Assembly: GCA_963575745.1 (NCBI GenBank)
Contig: CAUYUJ010000311.1
Location: forward strand, 1-64,000
DNA: 64,000 nt
DNA from: Prorocentrum cordatum
Taxonomy: Eukaryota
Reading direction: 5' to 3'
Part shown: one piece after another, positions 53,152 through 64,000 of the stretch
Position numbering within the stretch: position 1 is the first letter of the stretch
How the letters are laid out: each line of letters starts with the position of its first letter
Notes under the pieces: model-generated
Database searches by the model: none
What the model was told of the DNA's origin: nothing
The model's input: only the letters and a program-made list of their open reading frames with translations
Made by a program: the position numbers and the translations under genes

Positions 53152-56100
53152 TGCGCGCAAGACTTGTTAATCCAATCCCCATCGTGAATTCGCTGCCTCT
53201 TGGTCTGTCTGGCGTTCCGGTCCTGTGACCTCCATTCCACCCACTCCCCCGCCGTGAAGAACCAGAAGGGGGATGATGTGAATCGGAATACGGTAGGTTC
53301 GCGCGGCATCGGCACGCGCAGAGGCTCTTGACACCGCGTCGATCGTTCCACCTTGAGGTTGAATTCCGTCGGGTGGTGTGGCATTACCGTGCACCTCAGT
53401 GCTTCCGCGTCTTTCTATCATGCGGAGTTCAACCTTGAACGCCTTCGCCATAATTACCGCAGGCCTCAGGTGACTTCCAAGCCGGCGATTCGACACAGAC
53501 TCCGCACAGAAGGGGGAGCAGGTTTCCCGCCTGCGCTCGCTCGTGCAGCCCACCTCAGCGGCTGCGATAGAGGGGAGCGGCTCAGAGGGTAAAAATATCG
53601 AGCTGGAGTCGGCGATACATCGCGAATAGATCGACAACAGGCCACCGATAACGAACCCGAACGAGCATCGGCGGGGTGGGTTTTCGGGCACTGATCAGCG
53701 ACGAAGGGGCCACTAAGGGTCGATGCGTCCCCCTAGAGCCTAACCCCCCTAACCGATGTCACCCGATTTCGAGCACTGTGCCCCGAGACGCAACGCGCGA
53801 TCATATCCGCGCCCTCGCGACGCTCCCATTGAAGAAAGGCAGCCGCTCTGGCCCAGACTGCGACGCGCGAAGCACGATCACAACCTCACCCCCCCTGCGG
53901 GTGACCCGGCTCACGTTACCCCGCCGCCTGGCTTCCGCACCACAAGTCGGCTCCCCAGCGGCCTTTCGGAACCAACCGGACACCCCCGAAACGCCCTCGG
54001 CGAGGCGCAAAGCTGGACAGCACCCAGATTCGGCCTCGGACTCGAACTCGCTCTGCACAGCCAGAGGGCGAACCCCGGTGAAGGAGGGAGCGGTGCGCTG
54101 CCAGGGCGCGTGCGGGCCCAAACTGGGCAGCGATGACTCGCAAGAAGAAAGCTACGCTCAGAAGCCCGCATAGCTTAGCATGAGGAAAACGTGTCCTGGG
54201 TCATGGACATGGGGGCCTTCCCCCAGAACGAAGCCTTCATCCTGACTCGTTTCCTGACAGTCCCGGGGCCGTTTCCCTCAGGACCTGTTTCCCCCATGGC
54301 GAAAGTCCGCGCAACACAGAACTCACTCTGGGTTCGGAAGACCGACGACCCAACGAAGGCATCCAGAAGGCCCCCGCCGCCTGCGCGTCTGGCAGCGCCA
54401 TGGCGCCGCGCACGGCGCACTGCGACCGCGGCCGCCGCGCCCGCGCACGCGCGGCACGCGCTGCGCGGCGCGCATTGCGCGCGGCGTGTTTGGACTGAGC
54501 AAGACTGGGCTCGAGCTAAACGAGGTTTCAGATTTCGATGTTACCTGTTCCTTGTTTTGTTCTCGTTCCGCCTGTGCCCCCGCAAAACGAAATGGCAACA
54601 AAAACGGTCCACGAAAACGCCTATACACTATTTAGGTCGACACCTGCTGGACAGAGCAGGACGGCACCACCTACAACCCCAGCGAGGAGCGAGGACAAAC
54701 TTGACGGATGGACTCAATATCCCCCCCAGTGGTTCTGGACGGGGCGCCCTGGATGAGTTCCCTGGCCAAAAACCAGGCCGCTCTGGATTTTCCCCCACGC
54801 CCGCTACGCTGAAGTCCAGGGCGTCCTTGCCTTTGTCGTGGCTAAAAGTCGGGGGCGCTCTGGACATTTCCCTACGCCGCTAGGCCGAAGTCCAGGGCGC
54901 CTTGGAATCCCACCAACCAACCCTCTGGACGTCGGTGGTTTAGGGCGTTTCCTCTTCCACCTCTCCCTCTTCCCGTTCGGGGAGGGGCTTACCACTCCTC
55001 CTACCACCTCCCCATGGACCTGGACGGGGGGGGGCCGCGAGCGGTCAGGGCGTCCAAGACGGCCTCGGCGAGGAAGCCAAAATCACTGATTGCACTGAGG
55101 TTTTGGGCCCATTTTGGCCTCCTGAAGGGGCAACCCTAATTGAAGCTCCCCTCTGCTTTGATCAATCTCAACCAAAATGGCCCCAAGAAGCGCCCAGGAG
55201 GCCCCAAGAGTGCCCCAAGATGGCCCCAAGAGGTCCCCAAGAGGCCCCCAGGAGGCCCCCAAGAAGATCCCAAACGGCCACAAGAGGCCCCCCGAGGCAC
55301 CCAAGACGCCCAAAAGCCCCTCAGGACGGCCCTCTACTCGCCTGGGCGTCTTTTCTGGATGGGCTGGCGGGGATATTTGTTGCGTCGCGGCCGCAGGCGA
55401 GCGCGCCAGCAGCGTCAGAGGTCGGGCGGGCTACGCGCGAGCCTAATTGCCTAGCGCGCGGGGACCGACGGCCGAACCTAAGCTGCCCAAGCTGCCTAAG
55501 CTGCCGGGCGGCGCGAGGAGGGGCCAGGAAGCGGGGCAGAACCCTAATCCTTGCCGGCGGGCGATGCAAACTGCAACAGGGACCAGGACCCGGGGGCAGC
55601 GCCGATGCACGCATTGAACCAAGGAGCTATACGCAGCCAAAATGGCGCGGCAAGGTCACAGACAGCGAAGCTGACAAGTGACCGCCGAGGGCGAGGACTA
55701 GACGTGGGATAAACCACACGAGACATCCATGCACCCAGCCCCTGAGGGGGGCAGCTCGCTTGCAATACACTCCAGGAGGTAATACTAACACCGATGGCCA
55801 GGAATACTTCACTGACCAGGAACCAGTACGGGTGGCGCCGCCGAAGTCGCGCACTCACTCCTGAGAGAAAAGATCCGGGGCATTCCCCTTTCCGAGAACG
55901 AGAGGAAGAGCCAGCCAGGAAAACGATGGAACGGATCGACGCCGAAAACCTGAACGGATCGGCCACACGCCTGGCGCTGCCAACCAGGAATACGACGGAT
56001 AAGGTCGACGAACGCCCGCGCGGAATGGCAGCACGCAGAGAACTGCCAAGTGAACTGCCGATAGCAGGGCTAAGCACCTCACCCAGGCCAGCTGCATTAG

Positions 56101-57637
56101 CGCGGCAGGCGCCAGAAGCGAACTGGGAACGTCCGGCTGGCGAGGGGGGGCCCGAAGGGAGTAAGGGCCAGAGCGGAGCGTGGCAGTGCCGTCTTAAGCG
56201 CGGGGAGCGGACCGACCAGCTCGCCGCGGGGCACCTGCCGAAAGGCGCGGGGAGCAGAGGGCGCCGAGGCGCGGTGAAAACAACTACAGAGAGGCCAGGG
56301 GCCAACTAGAACATGTGGACCACGGCCCCAGCGGCAGTCCACGCGTCGGCATCGTCAGCAGGCGGCTGCCAGGGCCCCGAGGCCGGGGGGCAGCGAGGGC
56401 TGAACGAGTGGGGGAGACCAGGAAAGCGGCTGAAGGCCGCGCGCTCTATGGTGACGCAGGAGGCGAAGAGGGGGGCAGAAAGCGCTACCAGGCAGTGGAT
56501 GAAGGCCACCGGTTTGCCGAAGAACAAATGGATCACCGCCCTGTGCGGGAGCTCTGGTCGCCTCTCCCGTCGCCGTTGCGGTCGCCGCCTCGCTTGCATC
56601 CTGTCTGCCAGTCGTTGGCGCCCCAGGAGTGTGTCCAGGACCAGCTGTCCCAGTCCCAGGATTGCTGCGAGCTGGACGCGCGGCCCTTTCGCCGGCGGCC
56701 GCCCTTGCCCCGACGCCCCATTTTGCGCGCCCCTCGCCCCAGTCGACCCGCAGGTCGAGTTGCCGATCCAGCGCATAGGCGTCAAATCCACAGCGTTCCC
56801 AGGCGTCCTGGAAGTTGCGGCAGGAAGCCTCGGGGTTCAGTGCAGGGTTGCCTGTATTCATTCCTTTGGCTCCCGCAGGGTGCTTCCCGGCGCATGCGTG
56901 CCAGACGCCGTTGCACGCGCCCCCCAAGTCCTTCTGGAGTAGTCGCGCGATCTTGGCTGCTGGATTCTCGCCGACCCTGTCAAGTTCAACGTTTCTCAGC
57001 AGGTCCGTGCACGTGCGGCCTCCGTCCACGGGGTCAACGGAATCGCCCAAGGCACGGCTGGCGGCCCTGCTGTGTCTCCTGTCCCCAGGGGTGTCGCATC
57101 GCGCGGGAGTCGTCGGCGTTCTGCCTCCACCAGGGGCGCCGTCTGCGGCCGCTTGACTTCCAGGATCTGGCCTGCGCTGCGAGCCGCTGCTTTCCCAGGC
57201 CTTAGCAGAGCCATGGCCGGGCCTGCGGGGCGCAACCTCGGCCGGCGCCTCGCTAGAGGGCTCGGCCCTGCCCCCGCCCGCGGCAGCTTGCCCGAAGGCG
57301 CCCAGGGGGTCGTCGAGAGGGCTCTCGTCGGCCGCGTCGCCAGCTGCGTCGAGTGCCTTCCTTTTCGGCTGTACCTTTTGCGTCTTCGGCTGGCGGCGGC
57401 GAGGCCGGCCGCTGGTCGGGCCTCGTAGGTGCCGAAATCGACCTCATCGCTATCGTCCTTATCGGTCGGCGATGGGTTAGTTGGAGGAGAGTCCGCTGTC
57501 TCGTTTGGGGGGATCTCTGCCGCGTCCTGCTCTGCCGCCTGAAGGGCGCGGTCAGCCTGCTGCGTGGGGGGCGCGGCCTCCTTGGACTGGGCCGCGTCGT
57601 CGGGTTGGGCCTCGGGGACTTGTGGTCCTCCGGCTGC

Positions 57638-58128
57638 CCGGGCCCGGGGCCCGGGCCCGGGGTCCGGGGTCCGGGGTCCGGGGTCCGGGGTCCTGGGGCC
57701 GGGGTCCGAGGTCCTGGGTCCGGGGTCCGGGGCCCGGGGTCCGGGGCCCGGGGTCCGGGGTCCGAGGTCCGGGGTCCGGGGTCCGGGGTCCGGGGCCCGA
57801 GGTCCCCGGTCCGGGAGCCTGGGGCCGGGGCCGGGGTCCGGGGTCCGGGGGCCGGGGTCCGGGGTCCGGGGTCCGGGGTCTGGGGCCCGGGGCCCGGGGC
57901 CCGGGGCCCGGGGTCCGGGGTCCGGGGTCCGGGGTCTGGGGTCCGGGGTCCGAGGTCCCAGGTCCGGGGTCCGGGAGAAGGGGTCCGGGGCCCGGGGTCC
58001 GGGGTCCAGGGTCCGGGGCCCGGAGTCTGGGGTCCGGAGTCCGGGGTCCAGGGGCCGGGGTGAGAGGTCCGACGGGGTCCGGGGTCCAGGGTCCGGGGTC
58101 CGGGCCCGGAGTCCGGGGTCCGGGGTCG
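57638..58128. repeat. (CCGGGGT)n heptamer minisatellite
   Basis: Seen directly. Confidence 0.9.
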
Positions 58129-59117
58129 GGCGGGTCGGGTGGGCGGACGGGACATTAAAGTGGGGGACATCATCGAGTAGCACGCGCGCACCTGAAGGAG
58201 GGAGGGAGGGAGGGAGGATGGGAGGGAGGGGAGGGAGGTGGAGGAGAAGGAGGAGGAGGAGGAGGAGGAGGAGGAGGGCGGGCTCATCCACACCTTCTCG
58301 GCGCGGTGGTGAGTTGTCATGTCGCCAGATCGCGGACGAAGGGGGTCTGAGCTTGGAGGGGTCAGCATCTGCCTCGTCCTCGTCCTCCTCGTCCTCCTCG
58401 TGTGCCTTTCTGCCCCCCCCTCCTCTGAAGTCTTCGGCTGATTGATTTTCTCCTCGCGCCGAAGACTGTCCAGTCGTGTGGCCAACAGCCGGACTCCCAA
58501 GTTAGGTGGTGGAGTTTCTGTGGAACTCACGTCATCCTGACCCCCGGCGCGCGAGGGGGCGGGCCCGCCCACCGCCCCCCTGTTCAATTTCTGGCGAGAT
58601 CCGGCGACTCTGGCGAGATCCGGCGAATCCGGCCAGAGAGATCTGGCGAATCCGGCCTCAACCTCATCCTGTGGCCTTCTCTGGTTGCCCCGTCAGCCCC
58701 CAGAGGCCTCGGGCCCTGCCTCGCACGGCGCCCCCCCCCGGGACACCCCCAGGGGACTTCGAAGGGAGCTCAAGCGAAGACCACATTTTGAAAAAGGAGC
58801 CGCCCTCAACCTCATCCTGTGGCCTCCTCTAGTTGCCCCCTCAGCCCCTGCAGACGGCCTCGCACGACGCCCCCCCCTGGGACACCTCCGGAGAGCCTCA
58901 AGGGGAGCTCAAGCGAGAAGTCCATTTTGAAAGAGCTCCCGCCCTTCAAGGCAAGGCCCCCCTTGAAGAATCACCCTTCGGGTTCTGATGGGCGTGCGGT
59001 TCGGGGCTGCCTTAGGTTCCATGTTATGTGGCCGGGTGTTGCCGTGCTGTGCCGTGCCAGGTGCTGTGCTGTGTGCGGTGCTGGGCACCGTGCCGAGAGC
59101 CGTGCGTATGCCGTACT

Positions 59118-60704
59118 GGGGGCAGCTAAACCGGCTCTCGATTTTCGCACCAACCACGTGGCACGTTGCCCGCGGCAGCGGCGCTTGCCACACCCCGTGA
59201 CCTGGAGATGGGTATCAGATATGGGGGATTGCGCACTTGGATGGGGGGTGGGGCCGCGTGGTCCGTAAGTCCCATGGTGGCCTTGCGCCCGCTCACCCTG
59301 GAAAACAAACCCACTTGCGCATGCCAGCCGATTGAGCAGGGGTTGATGGTCGGGCAGTTTCGCAGTGGCGAGCGCCGTGCCGAGAGCCGTGCGTAGGCCG
59401 TGTCCGCCCGCGTCCGAGGCGAGAACCCAAGTACCGGTCGCGCCTGCGCCAAGTCGGGCTGGCCCTGCCCTCGGGCCGGCCGGGGAGCGCGATATCCCCC
59501 CCCCGGCCGCGGAGCGCGGTCAAGGGAAGGGGACGCGGGCGGCGATTTTTCGACAAACACACAAACATGGGGCCTTTCACATGTGCGCACCGACATAGGG
59601 CGCCGCATGTGCCTGGTCCAGCACGCGCGGTGCCCCCTGGGAGGGGGTTGCAGTGTTGCCTGCGCTTCAGAGCGGAACACCACTCCACATCCCTCCGGCT
59701 CCCCCACTCATTTCAACCCACGCCCCCCTGGGTGCACATTGCCGGCGCCAGCGCGAAGATAAGAGGCACCTGGGGGGGCGCCCCGTTCCGCGAATCCCAC
59801 TGCAGAGCGGGGATCCCGACCCCCCAATGGGATTCGCGGAGCGGGGATGGCCTTGGTAGGCCGAAACGTTTTTTGGGGGGGGGGCTGCCCCGTTCCCTCG
59901 GATGGGCACAGCCCCCCCCTCGCCGGCCTCTTCTCCGCGATGTCCCTCCCTCTAACGTAACGCGCCCGGTTTAAAGTTAGTGCATGTTGTAAATTGCCGA
60001 AGTCTGGCGGGTTCCCATGGAAGCTGGAGGATGCACGAGTTCTCGGGCTCGACGAAAGCAGGGTATATACAATTCCGTTTAGTTATGTAAACGGCTGCGC
60101 CGTTCCGCCCCATAGGAGAAAGGCCGCACCTTCCTCAGGCGCCCGCTTGGGGAGGGCGCGGCCCAAAGGCTGCTCAGTGGCCTTTATTGCCCACCCAACG
60201 CAAACGAGTAGGAAGGTCGAGCTGGCGCCCCGCGCTCCTGTGACACGATTGCGTGTCTGGGCGCATTCGGTGCGTTTCGGGCGTCGGCGGGGGCTGTCGA
60301 GGTGGTTCAGGTTCAGGCCACGAACTCAGCTTCGTGGGCCACCAGCTGAAAGGGCAACCGAGGGTGGGGGCCAGGCACCTGTTCTCATGGTGTCAACGCC
60401 ACACATTCCTTGGGGCACACTGTCAGAGTCGACTGCATTCGGCGACGGGGGGCAGCTAGACCGGCTCTCGATTTTCACACCAACCACGTGGCACGTTGCC
60501 CGCGGCAGCGGCGCTTGCCACACCCCGTGACCTGGAGATGGGTATCAGGCATGGGGGATTGCGCACTTGGTTGGGAGGCAGGGCCGCGTGGTCCGTAAGT
60601 CTCATGGTGGCCTTGCGCCCGCTCACCCTGGAAAACAAACCCAGTTGCGCATGCCAGCCGATTGAGCAGGGGTTGATGGTCGGGAAGTCGTTCGCAGTGG
60701 CGAG
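59118..60704. repeat. ~255-bp direct repeat pair (59118-59372 and 60447-60704)
   Basis: gggggcagcta.accggctctcgatttt..caaccacgtggcacgttgcccgcggcagcgg...gattgagcaggggttgatggtcggg..ttcgcagtggcgag is present twice. Confidence 0.9.
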
Positions 60705-61038
60705 GTGAACCGATTTTTTCCCTACCCCCACGCCCTCTCGGTTTGAGGCAAGTCGTTGGGCGACGAGGTAGCTGACTACCCCCTGATCGTCGGTGCCGCC
60801 TGCGGGCGCCCCCCCCCGTCCAGGAGGCCGAAGGTGACGGTTGAACTCCGATCGCCGCTCAGTTCTTGGTTCCACGACTCCACAACTTCCTGGTCGTCCC
60901 ACCCACCATCGTTCAACAGCAGTGTCCTCCCGCCGTCACGCCTTCTCCTTCGACGCGATGGCCAAGCGCCGTTCAGTGTAGCTGTGCTCAAGCTGACGGA
61001 GCAGAACCCGCGGGAACTTCAGTGGCCTCGCCTTGCAG

Positions 61039-62784
61039 ATGGCGGACGGTTCAAGCGGCAAGAAGTTTTTGAATGTGAGCAAAGCAATGTGGGACATCGG
61101 TGACAAGTTCTTCGGCCCAGCGAAGGTGCTCACGCAGCGCGGGTACGAGCTCATCCAAACGTACAGCATCAGGGCTGCAAACCCGGTGCTTCCTTAATTC
61201 ATGCATTTCCTTGCGGTGATGTGCGCCCTTCGCAACGGCGCCAAAAGCGCGTGGTTCCCCCACGCTGACAGCCCCATGTTCTTGATGGTCCTGAACGTGA
61301 ATTTCGCCCAGACGAGAAAGTCATCCATCACCGGGAACGGCGACAGCTTCGGGGACAAGCTGGACAAGGTCGCGCGGGATGTCGTGGCGCAGAAAGTCCT
61401 GGCAGCAGCGTCCGTCGTAGGAGATATGCAGGTGGCACCACCACGTGATGAAGGGGGCCGTCGTCGTCGGAATCCTGACGCCGCGGACCCCAGTGGTGCA
61501 GCGGATCCCCCGCGGCAGCCGCAAGTTGCGCCCTGCGTCCTGCACACGGCAACGCCCACAGAATTTGTCCTCCGTTGCGCCGGGGACTTCCAGCAGGTCC
61601 CAGACGCGGAGAACTTCCCCAGCGTGCATCTGCGAGGCCGTCACGTGTACGGCGTCTTGGTGAACCCTGACGAGGCATACGACATGCTCACGAGTTTCAA
61701 CTTCATGGACGAGCAGAAGGCGGGGAAGAAGCAGACCACCGTGAATGCCTTCCACAGTGCGTTCAACAAGTTGGCGCAATACGGGCAAGCATCCAGGGCG
61801 ACCAAGACTGCTGGCTCCTACGGCCGGGTGGACGCGCCTACAGTGTCTGTGGGAATTTCAGGAAGTGCACACTTCTCGACGCACGTGCCCATGGAGCGCG
61901 GTGAGACAGGGTCGCACCACACTGCCGCGAAAGAGAGGATTCTCATCAGCACAGGGCGCCCTGTGCAGCCGCACGCCCCCTTGCCAGACACGCACGCAAT
62001 GCCCGCGGGCACTTTGCGGCACAAGTGGGTCCATCTGGTGGCCGAAGTGGCAGAGGCGCTCGAGCTGGTGGCCGGTTCGGCGCCCCCCGACCAGGCCGCC
62101 CGCGCGTGGGCCAGGGCCGCCAGGCCGCGCGAGGACGACGCCGCTTTCTCTGAGACGGTCGACGGGAAGGTGTACGTGCCCGACGCCGAGGGCTTTTCGG
62201 TAACCTTGCCAGATGGCGTGCAGACACAGGTCCGCTTCCAGCGGGACGCCTCGGCGCCCACGGGGTTTCGCCCGGAGTGGCTGGTCGCCAACAAATCTTT
62301 CCAGATGCCCGCGCACCACTCGCTAGAGACGCGCGTGCCCCGCGCGACCACGCATTTCGAGAAGCCGCACGTAGTGTTGGAGCCGACCGTGGAAGCGCTC
62401 GCCCTGCACCAATCGCACCAGGGGGCGTTCAATGTGATGTGCTATAAGCAGCGAGAGGCGGGCCGCGGGCGCGCTGGGGCCGCGCTGGGTGCGGCGCCGC
62501 GGCACTTGGGGGAGTTGGCGTCGGCGCTGTGCATATTCAAGTGGCTTACGCCATTCCGCCGACCCGCAGAAGGAGTGAAAGCCACGACGATCGTGGAACA
62601 TATCGAAGACGCCTACGGCGAATCACCGCCGCCCCCTGCCTTTTGGGAAGCGCCTATGTGGCCGAACGTCGAGGCCAGACCTGCCAAGCTGTGGGACCAT
62701 GTGTTCCCCGAGTCGGTGTGGAAAGCCTTCGGGGAACACGTGGGCATCTTGAAGGTCATCTTGGCCGTCTGGAGGCCATTTTGA
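61039..62784 (+). pseudogene. DUF3987/YfjI-like P-loop NTPase (helicase-like) with one in-frame TAA; 3' end runs into a repeat
   Basis: The frame opens at ATG 61039 after ttgcag, has TAA at 61195-61197, then runs 527 aa. Motifs: MFLMVLNVNFAQTRKSS (variant Walker A), TATPTEF, VLVNPDE (Walker B), SRATK, VSVGISGSAH and KERIL (Arg-finger-like), in the order seen in DUF3987. The family call is inference. Confidence 0.55.
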
Positions 62785-64000
62785 CCCTTTCGGGCCTTCT
62801 TGGAGGACGTCTTGGAGGGCTCTTGGACCGTCTTGGAGGCCATCTTGGGCCGTCTTGGAGACCTCTTGGGCCGTCTTGGGGGCCTCTTGGGGCCGCGTCT
62901 TGGGCCTCTTGGGCGATCTTTGGGGGCACTTGGGCCGTCTCGGGCCGTCGGAAGGCAGGAAAAAAATACCACAATCCTTCAAAAACCTATGTGAAATCAA
63001 TGATTTTGGCCTTTTCGGGCCTTCCTGGAAGCCCTCTTGGAGGCCTCTTGGGCCGTCTTGGAGGCCTCTGGGGGGCCTCTTGGGCCGTCTCGGAGGCCGT
63101 CTTGGACCATCTTGGGCGAACTTGGAGGCCATCTTGGACCATCTTGGAGGCCATCTTGGGCCAACGTGACCATCCTGGAGGCCATGTTGGGCCGTCTTGG
63201 AGGAAGAATTGGGATTGGGCGATGGCGTGTGCGTCTTGCGGGTCTTGGGAGGCGGCCGGCGGGACGGGCCGAAGCCCACTGGGAGAGTTCTTTTGGAAAA
63301 AGAGCCAAACCCAAAACCGAGGAGGTCCAGCACGCCAGGCACCCCTGCGATGAATCGACAGGGGGCGGCGGACCATCTTGGAGGCCTCTTGGGTGCTGTT
63401 GGGGCGATGTTGGAGACCTCATGGGCCGTCTTGGGCCGTCGGAGAGCTGAAAAGAAGAACATGCCAAAATCCTTCAAAAACCTGAGGAGAATCAATGATT
63501 TTAACCTATTCGGGCCTTCCTGGAGGGCGTCTTGGAGGGCTCTTGGGCCGTCTTGGAGGCCTTTTGCCGGCCTTTTGGGCCGTCTTAGACCATCTTGAGG
63601 CCATCTTGGACCGTCTTGGGTGCATCTTGGAGCCATCTTACCCGTCTTGGAGGCCATCTTGGCCGTCTTGGAGGCATCTTGGAGGCCATCTTGGGCCATC
63701 TTGGCCGTCTTGGAGGCCATCTTGGGCGTCTTGGAGGCCTCTTGGGCCGTCTTGAGGCCCTCTTGGGGCCTTCTTGGGGGCCTCTTGGGCCGTCATGGGG
63801 CCATCTTGGAGGCCTCTTGGGTGCTGTTGGGGCGATGTTGGGGACCTCTTGGGCCGTCTTGGGCCGTCGGAGAGCTGAAAAGAAGAACATGCCAAAATCC
63901 TTCAAAAACCTAAGGAAAATCAATGATTTTAACCTATTCGGGCCTTCCTGGAGGGCGTCTTGGAGGGCTCTTGGGCCGTCTTGGAGGCCTTTTGCCGGCC
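62785..64000. repeat. GGGCCGTCTTGGAGGCC-type minisatellite with a recurring AT-rich cassette (aatccttcaaaaacct..aatcaatgatttt)
   Basis: The cassette recurs at ~62973, ~63468 and ~63896. Confidence 0.9.

Noticed and set aside
53152..57250. Possible decayed genes in unique-looking sequence
   Set aside because: Short overlapping ORFs with no motif I can recognise; needs BLASTX.
56996..58587. Collagen-like PGPRTPD ORFs
   Set aside because: The (CCGGGGT)n heptamer is open in all frames.
62529..63923. ORFs with MASKTAKMAQDG/LGPSWRP repeats
   Set aside because: Minisatellite translations. The same applies to 6310-7448 and 55083-55454.

Overview
Repeat-rich, GC-rich eukaryotic DNA, very probably dinoflagellate: there is a 21/22 match to the dinoflagellate spliced leader at 18000-18021, GC-AG introns and large CCT/CAT/AGT microsatellites. 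The first ~20 kb is a co-oriented minus-strand cluster: (i) a spliced hAT-like DDE transposase with a C-terminal PHD finger, whose ATG directly follows a genomic spliced-leader relic; (ii) a C5-cytosine DNA methyltransferase with an N-terminal ASCH/PUA-like domain; (iii) a spliced gene with a ParB/Srx-like domain; and, between them, (iv) an array of ~35 palindromes (GATGCAA-N6-TTGCATC) separated mostly by 20-nt variable spacers. This may be a large DNA transposon carrying methylation cargo plus a binding-site or guide-like array; that reading is inference. Further right are a 5'-truncated Ty1/copia element with a DNMT-like domain, a decayed LINE (APE-RT-RNase H) embedded in (CCT)n, a dispersed microsatellite-flanked repeat family, ~20 kb of micro/minisatellite with one 100-N gap, and a stop-interrupted DUF3987-like P-loop NTPase gene. 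All domain calls come from reading motifs by eye; no searches were run.
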